A DNA stretch of 64,000 nt from an uncultured Nitrososphaerales archaeon (GTDB lineage: Archaea > Thermoproteota > Nitrososphaeria > Nitrososphaerales > Nitrososphaeraceae), in the NCBI GenBank assembly GCA_963841565.1, contig CAWJCY010000007.1, positions 64,001 through 128,000 of the forward strand, in the 5' to 3' direction. Below the pieces are notes generated by a model. That model saw only the letters and a program-made list of their open reading frames with translations. It did no database searches and had not been told where the DNA came from. Made by a program: the position numbers and the translations under genes. Shown here in pieces: positions 1 through 11,115 of this stretch. Positions within the stretch are counted from its first letter, which is position 1. Each line of letters opens with the position of its first letter.

Positions 1-1839
1 TTGTAGTCATCCGCATTAGCCGAGCCAGTCACGTCTAACGGGTTTCCCAGAACATACGTTGCAGGATAGTGCTCGCTTGAACGAATTCATAGTTTCCTCA
101 GAAAGAGTGGCTAGCTTTAGTCCGAGATCTTCAAATCTGTCTATAGCCGCTATAATTGGCCCAGCACCATTAGTAACCATGGCAACTTTGTTGCCGGATG
201 GCACAGGCTGCCAAGCCAAAGCCTTAAGTGATCCGGTAAGTTCCTCATAACTATCTACAGAAACTATGCCAGATTGTTGGAATGCCCCTTTGACCACTCC
301 AAATGAACCTCCCAATGAACCTGTATGGGACGCGGCCTGAACTGCACCCCTTGCCGTCCGGCCATTCTTGAAGACCACCACAGGCTTCTTGTGTTCAGAA
401 ATCACTCTCTTTGCAGTATCTACAAATTTTCTGCCGTCTCCTAATCCTTCGACGTATAATCCAATTACATCTGTGTTGGGATCTTGTGCTAAGTACCAAA
501 TCATATCTGCTTCGTCCACATCGGATCGGTTACCGTAAGAAATCATCTTGCTTGTTCCGAATGAATCTGAAGTCTCCATAAACGCAATCCCAACCGTTCC
601 ACTCTGAGAAAGGAACGACACCTTTCCATTCTTGGGACGAACCATTCTTGCATGACCTTGAAAAGCACAGTCTAAACGATTTTCGCCATTAAACACTCCT
701 ATACAGTTAGGGCCTATGATCCTTATACCGAGGTCCTGCGAAAGTTGTTTTATTTCCTGTTCTATTTCGGCCCTTTCACCTCCAAGTTCCTTGCCACCGC
801 CTGAGATAATGACGATATTGTGAATTCCCTTAGTTCCACAGGCCTTGAGCAAGGCTGGAACAAACTTGAGATCAACCGTAACTATAACGAGGTCAACTGA
901 TTCCTGGATCTCATCCAAGCTCTTGTATGCCTTTAAACCCATTATTTCTGGATACCCCTTGGCGTTTACAGGAAAGATCTTACCCTTGTACTCATGTTTA
1001 GAAAGACTCTCAAGAACCGAGTTCCCAATTTTCCCTGTCTCAGGAGACGCTCCAATTAAAGCGATTGATTTAGCGTTAAAGAATACATCCATGTAGTTGG
1101 AATTTGGCTGAGCGTTGGATATTACACTGGTATTAGGTTTATCTTTGAGTAGAATTTTTGCATCAACGATATAGTAATTGTCCGGATAGACGGTCATTGG
1201 GTTGAAATCTACGCTTTCAAAATAAGGAGCCATGTCAACTCCTAAGCTACCAATCTTTACCAGAGCCTCTGCCACCATCTCTAGATCAACTGGTCGACTG
1301 CCTCTAAACCCATGCAGAATTTGCTTTCCTTTCAGCCCTTCCAACATCTCCAGAGCATCTTGTTTGTCAATCGGCAGGACCCTAAAACTTACATCCTTAA
1401 ATAATTCTGTATACACGCCACCTAGTCCACACATAATTACTGGACCAAACTGGGGGTCATTTTGTAAACCAACTATTAACTCCACCCCAGGAGGCACCAT
1501 CTTTTCAAGTAAGATCCCTCGTATTTCAAAGTCCTTTCTTAGTCTGTCGTACATGTCATTGAAAGCATTCACTACCTCACCTTCAGATGCAAGGCCTGTT
1601 TTTACGCCCTTGACTTCTGTCTTGTGTAGTATCATAGCGGAAACGACCTTCGCCACCAGTGGGAATCCAATGGTCGCACTTTCCTTGGCTGCCTGCTGGG
1701 CGCTGGTTACCATAACATAAGGGGGTACCTGAAGACCGTACTCGGATAGAATCTGCTTTGCCAGATCCTCTGTGACTACCTTGTGGGGACTGGATATGAC
1801 CTCTGAAAGAACTCTTTGGACTCCTTTCTTGTCGCTCAT
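1..1839 (-). CDS. ADP-forming acyl-CoA ligase, 3-hydroxypropionate--CoA ligase type (3HP/4HB cycle); runs off the window start; apparent +1 frameshift at ~75
   Basis: N-terminal ATP-grasp domain (HKTEVKGV, ELIVG..DPQFGPVIM) precedes the CoA-binding domain (IGAS, GPNCIG, SQSG, SHTGSL). Removing one base at ~75 restores ...FKEHYPATYVLGNPLDVTGSANADDY, which continues past position 1. Confidence 0.85.
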
Positions 1840-1991
1840 GAGATAAAGTGGGAAACTTTGTGGCTTCTAATTAACTTTACTTGGACAAGCAAGAACTGAT
1901 TGAACACATATCTAAACAGAGCCAAGACCAAACAAATCATTGGCATTCAAAGACAATTCATGATTCTGGACCCTAGAATTAAATGGAAGAG

Positions 1992-2696
1992 TTACTTTGT
2001 TGCAGCTATAATTACCGCTCCCCCTAACATATACTTCCTAAACTGGACCTCTGAAAACTCCCTTTCTAGCATCCTCTTAAGTTCTGAATTCTTTGGCCAT
2101 CGTTTGTAAGTTCCATATAATGCCCTAAACCCTAGTCCTTTACTGCCGGCTACTGTGAATGCCAGAAAACCTAAAACATATTTCAGATACATACTAACAA
2201 GAGCATCCAAAAAGACCTGGTCCGGCTTGCCAAGATCTACAATCAGTAGTCTTCCATTAGGCTTCAGAATGCGGTGAAATTCTGCGATCGCATCTTTAAG
2301 ATGAATGGCATCCCTCAATGAATATCCACATAATACCGCATCAAAAATATTGTTTCTGAAGGGCAAATATTCAAAAATACCTGAGGATAATTGAATACTC
2401 AAATCAGATTCATCGTCAAGTGATCTCCCAATTCGAAGCATTTCGATAATTGGGTCGTACAGAATTACCTCTAATTCGCCATTCATTTCAATTCTGGCCA
2501 ACTTAGACATATTGCCAAAACCAGAACCCGCATCCAATATTCTATCTCCAAAATTTAGCTGTCTGTTCAAACACATTCTCCTATAGTCGGCGTCCTTGCC
2601 AAGAGAAATCACTCTATTTACTCTGTTGTAAACGGGAATGATACTTCTTAGTGTCGAGATTACTTCAGGCCAGTATGTTTTGCCCAGACCGGACAT
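1992..2696 (-). CDS. UbiE/MenG-like class I SAM-dependent methyltransferase
   Basis: Motif I ILDAGSGFG, LPFRNNIFDAV, EFHRILKPNGRL; YNRVNRVISLG as in the UbiE family. ATG at 2696 preferred. Confidence 0.85.
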   Translation of the reverse strand: MSGLGKTYWPEVISTLRSIIPVYNRVNRVISLGKDADYRRMCLNRQLNFGDRILDAGSGFGNMSKLARIEMNGELEVILYDPIIEMLRIGRSLDDESDLSIQLSSGIFEYLPFRNNIFDAVLCGYSLRDAIHLKDAIAEFHRILKPNGRLLIVDLGKPDQVFLDALVSMYLKYVLGFLAFTVAGSKGLGFRALYGTYKRWPKNSELKRMLEREFSEVQFRKYMLGGAVIIAATK

Positions 2697-2877
2697 TGTA
2701 ACCTCCAATCAGTGCGTGAAGAATATTATCTTTCTTAGAAACAAATCACGGAACGATTAGAGATTACTAATGATCATCAATTTCATGGTGCACAGCTTTA
2801 GCTTCTGGCGATGACAAACCTACCGCAGATTCTGAAAAAGCATAGTTAGCAGAACCCAGCAAATGTTGATTAATGAC

Positions 2878-3534
2878 ATGTCAGAATATAGATCTGTGTC
2901 AGTTACTACTAACGAATATGTCTGTGGAGATTGTGGATCTCAATTGCTCCATGAAAACCCAAATACGCTTCAGAGCATGATAGATATACACAATCAGTTG
3001 TGCCCAGTGAAAAGGCAAAAGACTTTGCCAGGTCAAATGGTATCGTCAAAACCCTCTCCTCCCAACAAGGCTATAGCACGGCAACCAACTTCAGCGTCAG
3101 TTGCCGCTCCTCAACCTCAGGTAAGCCAAATCCCCGAAATGAAAGGTCCTGCATCGGGAGGTGGCGCTACAACTATATCTTTAGCGGGCAGCGGAACAAG
3201 CTACTCCAAAGCTGAAGGTCCAATTGACCCTGATTTTAAATCAAAGCGTAGCGTTGTTGGAACATTCCAAGATATAAAGGTCTGGGGTGAAGTGGATCCT
3301 CCTGGACGATTGGGTATCTGGGGTTCAGAAGTTACAGTAGATTTTGATATCTGTGTTGCAGATGGAGCTTGTATTGAAGCATGCCCTGTGAATGTTTATG
3401 AATGGCTTGATACTCCTGGACATCCTGCCTCTGAAAAGAAACCATTTATGATTAGAGAAAAGGATTGTATATTCTGTATGGCATGCGAAAATGTCTGTCC
3501 TCCTCAGTGTGTAAAGATATTCAATAAAGGTTAA
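2878..3534 (+). CDS. Dicluster (7Fe-type, Zfx-like) ferredoxin with an extra N-terminal C2HC module and Pro/Ser/Gly linker
   Basis: C-terminal [12 protein letters not shown] and [12 protein letters not shown] motifs; N-terminal CGDC...HNQLC. Confidence 0.85.
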   Translation: MSEYRSVSVTTNEYVCGDCGSQLLHENPNTLQSMIDIHNQLCPVKRQKTLPGQMVSSKPSPPNKAIARQPTSASVAAPQPQVSQIPEMKGPASGGGATTISLAGSGTSYSKAEGPIDPDFKSKRSVVGTFQDIKVWGEVDPPGRLGIWGSEVTVDFDICVADGACIEACPVNVYEWLDTPGHPASEKKPFMIREKDCIFCMACENVCPPQCVKIFNKG

Positions 3535-3642
3535 CTATGATAATTGAATAATTGAGGTCATTTTGATTGCTTCCTACTATTACTTGGAGACGAGTTCAAA
3601 AATCTTAGGCTCATTAATCTAGAGAAGCGCTAGATCTTCGAA

Positions 3643-4125
3643 GTGCCAACGGAACAATTTGATCTAGTAGCCACAGGAGGTACGTTCGATGAAATCCATG
3701 CTGGGCATCGGGAGTTGCTAACTAGGGCCTTCGGTTTGGGAAGATCCGTGCTGATAGGGGTCTCAAGCGATAATTTCGCAGCAGCAAAGAAAGGCAAGAA
3801 TAGACTGAGGCACAGGTTCGAAACTAGGGTAGAAAGGTTAGTCCAATTCATTCATGATGAGTTTGGAAATGTAAATTTCGAAATTAAAGAACTAAATGAC
3901 GATTTTGGACCTACCAGCTTGGACAGAAATCTCCAAGCTCTTGTTGTCAGCGAAGAAACCGAACCGAAGGGACATGAAATTAATAGAATTCGGTCAAGCA
4001 AAGGATTTGACCCTTTGGTAATCGTTACAGTCACAATGCTAAAGGCAGAAGACGGTCGACCACTCTCATCATCTCGAATTCGTTATGGAGAAATTGACAG
4101 GAATGGGAGAGTCTTGAGGAAGTAG
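3643..4125 (+). CDS. coaD: Phosphopantetheine adenylyltransferase (archaeal type)
   Basis: GGTFDEIHAGH (HxGH), LVVSEET and LSSSRIR motifs. Confidence 0.9.
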   Translation: MPTEQFDLVATGGTFDEIHAGHRELLTRAFGLGRSVLIGVSSDNFAAAKKGKNRLRHRFETRVERLVQFIHDEFGNVNFEIKELNDDFGPTSLDRNLQALVVSEETEPKGHEINRIRSSKGFDPLVIVTVTMLKAEDGRPLSSSRIRYGEIDRNGRVLRK

Positions 4126-4298
4126 AGTGAATTATGGTAATATTCGATCTTATGACAGAAACCTTTTCTGCCACCATGAATCCTGTTCATTTAGCTAAAG
4201 TTTTCGGCCGGTTTTATAAATGGAAGTAGCCCCCCGTCATGCTAACGAGATGAGTTTCAGGCAGACAGTATTCCAGTAAGACAATAAAAATGAATAAT

Positions 4299-4595
4299 TT
4301 ATCCTATATCTATGTGGACGGTATTTCTATGAGCACGAATAGACAGAGGCTTTCTCCCCTCATTAAGTATCATATATGCAGTCTTTTGAAGCCTTTCAAC
4401 GGATTCTTTGTCCGACATCGTTATGCTATGTGAACTATCATCATCTAGAACCAAAATTAACTCTTTCTCGCTTACGATGGCCACATGTTTGAGCGAGTTC
4501 TGTTCTCTATTTGGGGATAGTATCCACATCAGTTTCTCAGCTTCGTACTCGTCCTCACAATCGATATTTTCTGTGTCCCTAGAAGTGCTACTCAA
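4299..4595 (-). CDS. Hypothetical protein (~98 aa) downstream of trpS
   Basis: In-frame TTG at 4595 overlaps the trpS stop; no recognisable motif. Confidence 0.55.
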   Translation of the reverse strand: MSSTSRDTENIDCEDEYEAEKLMWILSPNREQNSLKHVAIVSEKELILVLDDDSSHSITMSDKESVERLQKTAYMILNEGRKPLSIRAHRNTVHIDIG

Positions 4596-5770
4596 AGGGG
4601 TTTTCCTCATAAAGAAACAAATCGACTTGATTCCTTGCTTGATCTCTTCGCCTAGTAAACTCTGACATGAAGGACTTTGTCTGAGTGGTGAGATCGGATT
4701 TACATTCCCCACATAATAAATTACCTGTTCTACATTTTAGAGATCGTTCAAACGATTCCTTTCCATTGTCAAAGAAATGGCTCAGGTACCAAAACACTGG
4801 ACATGCATCTGGATCTCCTCCTAATATCCTTTGTAGAGCAACTGACGGTTGCCCTCCTGTGTACGCGCCTGAAATCTTGCTTTCAATCGTTTCTGGGTCG
4901 TCGGTTGTAAAAATAGCACCAGTAGGTTTTGAAGATGACATCTTACCATTCATTTCTAAACTTGGTACAAACTTACTGTGGACTTGTGCCGGTTTATAGT
5001 ATCCCATCTTCTCTGCTATGTCTCTTGTAATCCTCCAGTATGGATCTTGATCAATTGCGAGCAGGGATTAGCACGCGAGTAGGCTTCTTTTCGATCAAGG
5101 ATGGCAAAAAGCAAGGGGCAGCTTGAATAGCGGGAAACCCTATCATTCCTATATTAGACGATGGCTTAAACCCAAATACGGCTTTTGCAGTGGAAAAGGT
5201 TAACCTTTTTGAGATCTCTAGATAAAGAGGGTATAAAGTTTGGATATTTTTAGTATCAATAACAATTCGAGTCAGCGTGGGGTCAAATCCCATGGCTATG
5301 ACGTCAAGGATATTGTCGTACGCGTACTTCTCCACTTCTTGCAAGCTGAGTTGATGACTATAGAGAAATTTTTCGTCATCGGTAATCTGAAACAAGAGTC
5401 TGGATCCAAATGTATCTTGAAGATATTTTGTGAAAAACCACGGCATCAAGTGACCCATATGAACATGACCAGAAGGGCCTCTGCCGGTGTAAAGGTAGAA
5501 ATTTTCTCCATTTCCGTACGCGTCTAGTACTACGTCCAAGTCCCTGTGAGAAAAGAAGAAGCCACGTGATAAGAGAGGATGAACATTTCCGGAAAACTTT
5601 TGCAATTTCTCGATAATTTCAGGAGTAATTAATCGGGTGCCGAATTCTTGGACAATTTTATTGTAGTCAACAACACCGTCGACCTGCCACGGCGTCACAC
5701 TGTACTCTCTTTCTAAATTGTCTGCTTCATATCCTACTGATTCCTCGATTTCCTCATCCCGTTCATCCAT
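4588..5770 (-). CDS. trpS: Tryptophan--tRNA ligase (apparent +1 frameshift at ~5059)
   Basis: YTGRGPS..HMGH, QITDDEK, KMSSS. Removing one base gives IPAAIDQDPYWR and joins ORFs 5051-5770 and 4588-5007. Confidence 0.95.
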
Positions 5771-5844
5771 TCGAATTATTTCACGACCTTAATCTGATTA
5801 AACGTTTAAAAAGTGTTCTTCGCTCAGAAGATTAAAAACAAATT

Positions 5845-7357
5845 ATGACTTATAAAGTAACTGCATTACATCCTATCGAGAAAAAGATTCTCCACCTCCT
5901 GGGTAAGGATGGCTCCCTTACAGTTGAAGCGTTGTCAGAGAAGAGCGACTTGACCATCGACCAGGTGAGGAGAGGAGTAGAACGGCTAAAATTCAAGCAG
6001 CTCATACTGATCACTCAAGATTCATCTATCTTCTTTGAGTTGGATGAGCGTGGGAAATCCGCCTTACTCAAAGGATTGCCTGAGAGAAGGTTGGTCAGTG
6101 CTATTCAGTTAGAGCCTGATAAAGGGATTGCAATGCTTGCAAAGACACAGGCGTTTGAGCGGGATGAGCTGGGTGCGGCTATTCGGGTTGCAAGGGATCA
6201 AAACCATTGGTTGCTTCCGGCTTCTGGTGATAAAAACAGATCTAATCTAAGAATTAGTCAATCAATATCAGAAACCTCTCCAGAAGAACAGGTTATAGAA
6301 CGATTCAGAAACGTACAGCGAATCTCTGAAAATGAATTAAATGACATTGAGAAGAAGGGTGTGGAGCTCCTCCTAAGGAGACCAAATTATCTAAGAAAGA
6401 TTCAACAACAAACTGTTACTATATCATTAACAGCAGTTGGGAGGTCGATGGTTGAAGAGATCACCATGCCTAAATCTAATAAAACAGAGTCCGTTAGATC
6501 AGAGACTAGAGCAGAAGACCGGCCAGAAAGTTTTGCAATAGACCTTGAAGCTGCAGTTAAGGTCGCGTCCCCAGGCAAAACGCACCCATTGACTGATTTA
6601 ATTGCAGAGATTAAAGAGATTTTCGTGAGCATGGGATTCACCGAGATAGCGGGTGACATCATCCAGACATCCTTTTGGAACTTTGATGCATTGTTTACGC
6701 TTCAGGACCACCCTGCCAGAGAAATGCATGATACATACTATCTTTCTGGGCTCAGGAATGTAAAGGAAATAGCGAGCAAAGAGCAGATCGCAAATGTTTC
6801 TAAAATACATAACAAAAATTCAATCAATGTCTGGGATGTTCGAGAGTCCAACCGCCTAGTACCTACGTACTCATACGACTCCGGTCACACTGAAATATCT
6901 AGCAGATAACCAACCTGATGAGGCAAAGCTTTTCTCGGTAGGGACTGTGTTTCGAAATGAAAAAGTAACAAAGGGTCACCTCTCTGAATTCTTTCAGATT
7001 GAAGGGGTAGTCACCAAGCCGAACGCCTCAGTTAGGGATCTAATGGGGTTACAAACGGAATTCTATCGCAAATTGGGAATCCAAAAAGTAAAGTTTTGGC
7101 CTACTTTCTTTCCATATACTGAACCATCTTTACAATCAATGGTATATATCGAAAAAGTCGACAAATGGTTGGAACTCTTTGGAATGGGAATATTTAGGGA
7201 TGAGGTCACCCTTCCAATGAAAATCAGAAATCCAGTTCTTGCTTGGGGAGGAGGGCTCGAGCGCTTGGCAATGTTACGACTAGGCATAGATGACATAAGA
7301 ACGCTTTACAGCAACAAGATCGAGTGGTTAAGGAGCGTTCCCAAATGCCAGTTATAG
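5845..7357 (+). CDS. pheS: Phenylalanine--tRNA ligase alpha subunit (apparent +1 frameshift at ~6862)
   Basis: FWNFDALF..QDHPAREMHDT, restored VLRTHTT, FRNE, FFPYTEPS, GLERLAM. Confidence 0.95.
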
Positions 7358-9018
7358 AAGTTCCACTAACTGTCCTAACCAAGTCATTCCCCCAGAATTC
7401 CCTTGAAGATATCATCGCCTCTGTTCCCTTCATAGGCCTCGATATAGAAGGTAGAGATGATAAGTTCATTAGATTAGAATATAATCCTAATCGACCAGAC
7501 TTTTCATCCTATGTCGGAATTGTGCGAGCGCTCAAGGGGTATCTTGGATTAGAAACGGGACTTCCCAAATATAGATTAAAAAATGACAAGAAATTTCAGA
7601 TTGAAATTAGCGATTCGGTAAGATCAATCAGGCCCTACATTAGGGCCTTAGTTGCTAAGGAAATAGAATTAGATAATGACCTTATCAAGATGCTAATAGA
7701 TATGCAAGAAGATTTGCATATGGGAATATGTAACAAGAGAAAGGTTGCATCTATAGGTCTACATAATCTTAATAAGATTAGGTTTCCTCTAAGTTACTTG
7801 GCGTCCAGTTCCGATATTTCATTTGTGCCTCTGGATTCCAGTCAAGCCCTTTCGCTCAACGAGATCTTAAGCTCAACGGATGTGGGTAAGAGGTATTCTT
7901 ATTTGCTTGGAAAGACAAATGACTTCCCTATCCTACTAGATGTCGAAAAGCAAGTTGTATCATTCCCTCCCATAGTGAATTCAAAAAATACCAGATTAGA
8001 CAATCGATCAAAGGGCATATTTGTTGAAATCACTGCTATCGACCCAAATGTGGCCGATCTCATTTCAGCTATATATGCTGCAACATTGTACGACATGAAA
8101 TTCAAGGTTTATCAAGTTACATTAAATGAAACCAAAGGCTCATCAACTAAATCCCCTGATATGAGTCCCTCGTCGGTATCAGCCAGCATTATAGAGATAA
8201 ATAAATATCTAGGGACAAAATTACCTCGAAAGGTGATTGTTAGAGCTGCAGCTCGTAGCCGGTTAGGCACAAGAAATTCAGCACATGGGAAGCTAACGTG
8301 TATTGTACCTAGGTACAGAAATGATGTTAGGCATATTAGAGACTTGATTGAGGAGGTGATGATCGGCCTTGGAATATCGAAACTTTCCCCGACGTTACCA
8401 TTGGTCAATGTAACTGGAAATAGGAACACATATTCGATTCTTATCGATAAGATCAAAGAGGTATTGGTTGGGCTTGGGCTTTTGGAGGTCAGAAACTTTG
8501 CCATAGTTTCGAGGTTTCTGCAGTATGATTCTATGGGTCTGAAGCCGGAAGAATCGTCAATTTTTAAGATTGAAAATTCTCTGGTCTCCGGATTTGATAC
8601 TTTGCGCAATTCTCTCCTTCCTTCGCTTATCGATACCATTGGACACAATATCCATAGCTCTTATCCTCAAAATATCTTTGAGATTGGCAAAGTATTTACA
8701 AAAGGAGAATCTGAAACTGAAAAATGGCATCTTTGTGTGGCACTTGCTTATAATAGGGCCGACTACACCAGTATCAAATCGATATTGCAGGCCTTTTTGA
8801 AAGTTGCTTTTGGTAAAGATATAGTAACTACCCCAAATTCTTATGGTGTGGAATACACCATTGGTCGTTCTGCGAGTATAAAAGTGGAAGGGAACGAAGT
8901 GGGTAAAATTGGTGAAATTAGTGACTTCGTCAGGCAAAGTCATAGGGTACGCGTACCTGTGGCAGCCTTTGAAATAGACCTTTCTCCTTTTCTCATTTCG
9001 TTTCGAACATTAATGTGA
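7345..9018 (+). CDS. pheT: Phenylalanine--tRNA ligase beta subunit
   Basis: MPVIEV start overlapping pheS; NRPD, QEDLH, FPPIVNS, LRNSLLPSL. Confidence 0.95.
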   Translation: MPVIEVPLTVLTKSFPQNSLEDIIASVPFIGLDIEGRDDKFIRLEYNPNRPDFSSYVGIVRALKGYLGLETGLPKYRLKNDKKFQIEISDSVRSIRPYIRALVAKEIELDNDLIKMLIDMQEDLHMGICNKRKVASIGLHNLNKIRFPLSYLASSSDISFVPLDSSQALSLNEILSSTDVGKRYSYLLGKTNDFPILLDVEKQVVSFPPIVNSKNTRLDNRSKGIFVEITAIDPNVADLISAIYAATLYDMKFKVYQVTLNETKGSSTKSPDMSPSSVSASIIEINKYLGTKLPRKVIVRAAARSRLGTRNSAHGKLTCIVPRYRNDVRHIRDLIEEVMIGLGISKLSPTLPLVNVTGNRNTYSILIDKIKEVLVGLGLLEVRNFAIVSRFLQYDSMGLKPEESSIFKIENSLVSGFDTLRNSLLPSLIDTIGHNIHSSYPQNIFEIGKVFTKGESETEKWHLCVALAYNRADYTSIKSILQAFLKVAFGKDIVTTPNSYGVEYTIGRSASIKVEGNEVGKIGEISDFVRQSHRVRVPVAAFEIDLSPFLISFRTLM

Positions 9019-9432
9019 GAAGACGGTTAAAAATGAGAACAACGAGCATGATTGTGTGAGTATTTTTAAGCGAGTAATAGACTATTTGAATTCTTTTGCA
9101 AAATCTAAGATCAGAAAGGAGGATTGTACTTGCTCAGATTTTATCCACCTAGTTTTTCAACATTTGTATTCAAAATTATTGGAATTTTCAACTAACTTGG
9201 TTAAATGGGTCTGTACTCTGACATAAATAAGAAATGGTATTGTGGCCATTTGTTATACTGTGAGATCCTCTCCTGGATACCTACTTCAACATCTTGTGAC
9301 TTTATGTTAACTATACATGTGAGGATAAGCCTTGATCTGGGACTTCTGAAATATTTTTTATGCAACATGATGTGACCCATCGCCTAGACACTAGTATTAT
9401 GCAAATATATACGTCTACAATCTCCCTTGTTA

Positions 9433-9517
9433 TCCCCGTTAGAGAGTACGCTAGGAGGGAATACACATGAGTGTAACAGGCTACCCGTGAATAGTAGTGG
9501 GTCAGAGGCGGGGGACA
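9433..9517 (+). ncRNA. Candidate ~85-nt structured small RNA (H/ACA-like architecture)
   Basis: TATA-like AAATATATA ~25 nt upstream. 5' TCCCCGTT (9433-40) pairs with 3' GGCGGGGG (9507-14), followed directly by ACA and TTTT. Internal hairpins TACAC-ATGA-GTGTA and ACCCG...TGGGT. Confidence 0.45.
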
Positions 9518-9535
9518 TTTTAACTATCCTTTGGA

Positions 9536-9709
9536 TTACCTAAACTCGTCGATCATATTTTTTATAATGGATCTCGCTTCAGAAGAAATATTATAACCAG
9601 CTAGGACTTTGGTCGGTTCTGAAAGCAAGAGTCTTCTGAAATTTGGTTCACTCGCTGCCCTAAGAAGAATGTCGCTAACTATTTTTGCATCCCAGTTTCT
9701 AAATTCCAA
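9536..9709 (-). CDS. 57-aa NHLP-clan (Os1348/Franean1_4349-like) RiPP-leader-like protein; absent from the ORF track
   Basis: Translated by hand: MEFRNWDAKIVSDILLRAASEPNFRRLLLSEPTKVLAGYNISSEARSIIKNMIDEFR. RAAxEPxFRxxLLxEPxxVLxGYxIS matches the NHLP-clan leader pattern. TTG start ~25 nt after an AATTAA box; divergent from ycaO. Confidence 0.7.
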   Translation of the reverse strand: MEFRNWDAKIVSDILLRAASEPNFRRLLLSEPTKVLAGYNISSEARSIIKNMIDEFR

Positions 9710-9807
9710 CCAGGATCATGCTGTATATGGAATCTTAATTTGTAGTTTTCTACCCACGATATATCACAAGAACATTATTATTCTTAAAATTTGATTCCGG
9801 ATAAGTA

Positions 9808-11115
9808 TTGCGACTGGTAGACCGGTTTAAATGGTCCAATAATGGCACAAGTAGAATCCAACCTCCAGAAAAGACCCTTCTCGCAGTGGAGGCGATCGCA
9901 GGAAAGATTGGGGTGACACGTATCGGCAACATAACCTATCTGGACAGACTCGGTATTCCCAATTATTCGGTTGTTCTGCCCGGTACAGAGGATTATATTT
10001 GGGTCTATAGCGGAAAGGGTTTTACCATGAAGCAGGCCCGGACAAGCGGCCTTATGGAAGCTGTAGAACGCTATTCTTCTTTGCCTAGCAGCTATGAACG
10101 TCCATTCATCAGAGATTCATATTTTGAGCTGTCAAAAAGGTATAACGTACTAAGTCCAGATGATGTTTGTGAACCCCTTTCTATTCAATATAAGAATGAT
10201 ATGATAATGGATTATGTTCAAGGCTTTGATCTGGTTTCTCATGAACAAATTCTAGTACCATCCGCTTTGGTCATGTTTAGGTACGCTCAGGGCGGGAAGG
10301 CTGTCAATCCGTTCTCATTCTCCCACACAAACGGATTAGCATCAGGAAATGTTTTGGAGGAAGCGATATGTCACGCTTTGTGTGAAGTCGTTGAGCGAGA
10401 TGCATCAAGTTTGGCTGACTTACGTTCGAGCGCCTTTCCCTTTCATTTTATAAAGATCCTCACGAATAAGTTTAAAGAGAGCGGGTACGAAATAAACGAA
10501 ATTCCTTCGGATAGTATGGTTGATGAACCAAATTTGTTTCCAATGCTCGATCTAGAGGGTGCTATCAATGAACCGGCGAGAAATTTAGTGAATAGATTTA
10601 AGGCTGCAAATATTTCCTTGATGGTTAAGGAGATTACAAGTGATGTGGGAATACCAACATTCAACGCTGCAAGCGTTGAATGGCTGACTCAGAATTACGG
10701 CTATCTTGCTGAAGGAACGGGTACGCACCCAGACGCCAGAATTGCACTGGTAAGGGCGATTACAGAACTTGCTCAGACTCGAGCGGCTAACATTCAAGGC
10801 GCTCGAGATGATCTTCGCAAAATTAACTATGTGGGTGAAAATTCAGAGGACAAGAGATCGTGGCAATTCATGAATTCTGATCGAAAGGTTAGTCTCTCTG
10901 AGATCGATAGCTACTATAATGAAAACATACTAGATGATATAAGGTTAATTCTTAATCATCTTAAAGTCGTGGGACTAAAGAGAGCCATTGTGGTGGATTT
11001 AACGGTCCCGTGGATAGGAATTCCGGTAGTACGGGCCATCGTACCAGGTTTGGAAACATTCAAGTTCACAAAATCTGTTATAGGTCAAAGGGCGAGGAAT
11101 TATTTCAAGATATGA
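9808..11115 (+). CDS. ycaO: YcaO-family ATP-dependent amide-activating enzyme (TfuA-associated, thioamide type)
   Basis: GVTRIGNITYLDRLGIP, GKG..A..S.LMEAVERYS, TNGLASGN..EEAI.HALCEVVERDA, RAITELAQTR, GAR; C-terminal VPGLE with no PxPxP tail. Confidence 0.93.
   Translation: MRLVDRFKWSNNGTSRIQPPEKTLLAVEAIAGKIGVTRIGNITYLDRLGIPNYSVVLPGTEDYIWVYSGKGFTMKQARTSGLMEAVERYSSLPSSYERPFIRDSYFELSKRYNVLSPDDVCEPLSIQYKNDMIMDYVQGFDLVSHEQILVPSALVMFRYAQGGKAVNPFSFSHTNGLASGNVLEEAICHALCEVVERDASSLADLRSSAFPFHFIKILTNKFKESGYEINEIPSDSMVDEPNLFPMLDLEGAINEPARNLVNRFKAANISLMVKEITSDVGIPTFNAASVEWLTQNYGYLAEGTGTHPDARIALVRAITELAQTRAANIQGARDDLRKINYVGENSEDKRSWQFMNSDRKVSLSEIDSYYNENILDDIRLILNHLKVVGLKRAIVVDLTVPWIGIPVVRAIVPGLETFKFTKSVIGQRARNYFKI

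Noticed and set aside
59-1720. Antisense ORFs in the track over well-supported genes (here and throughout the window)
   Set aside because: They are shadow frames of real genes and carry no motifs.
4588-7357. trpS and pheS as pseudogenes or programmed frameshifts
   Set aside because: These are essential genes with single extra bases and no slippery sites; sequencing error is the simplest explanation.
9201-9380. 59-aa minus-strand ORF (MGHIMLHKKYFRS...) near the YcaO locus
   Set aside because: No RiPP-like composition or motif; cannot be supported from sequence alone.
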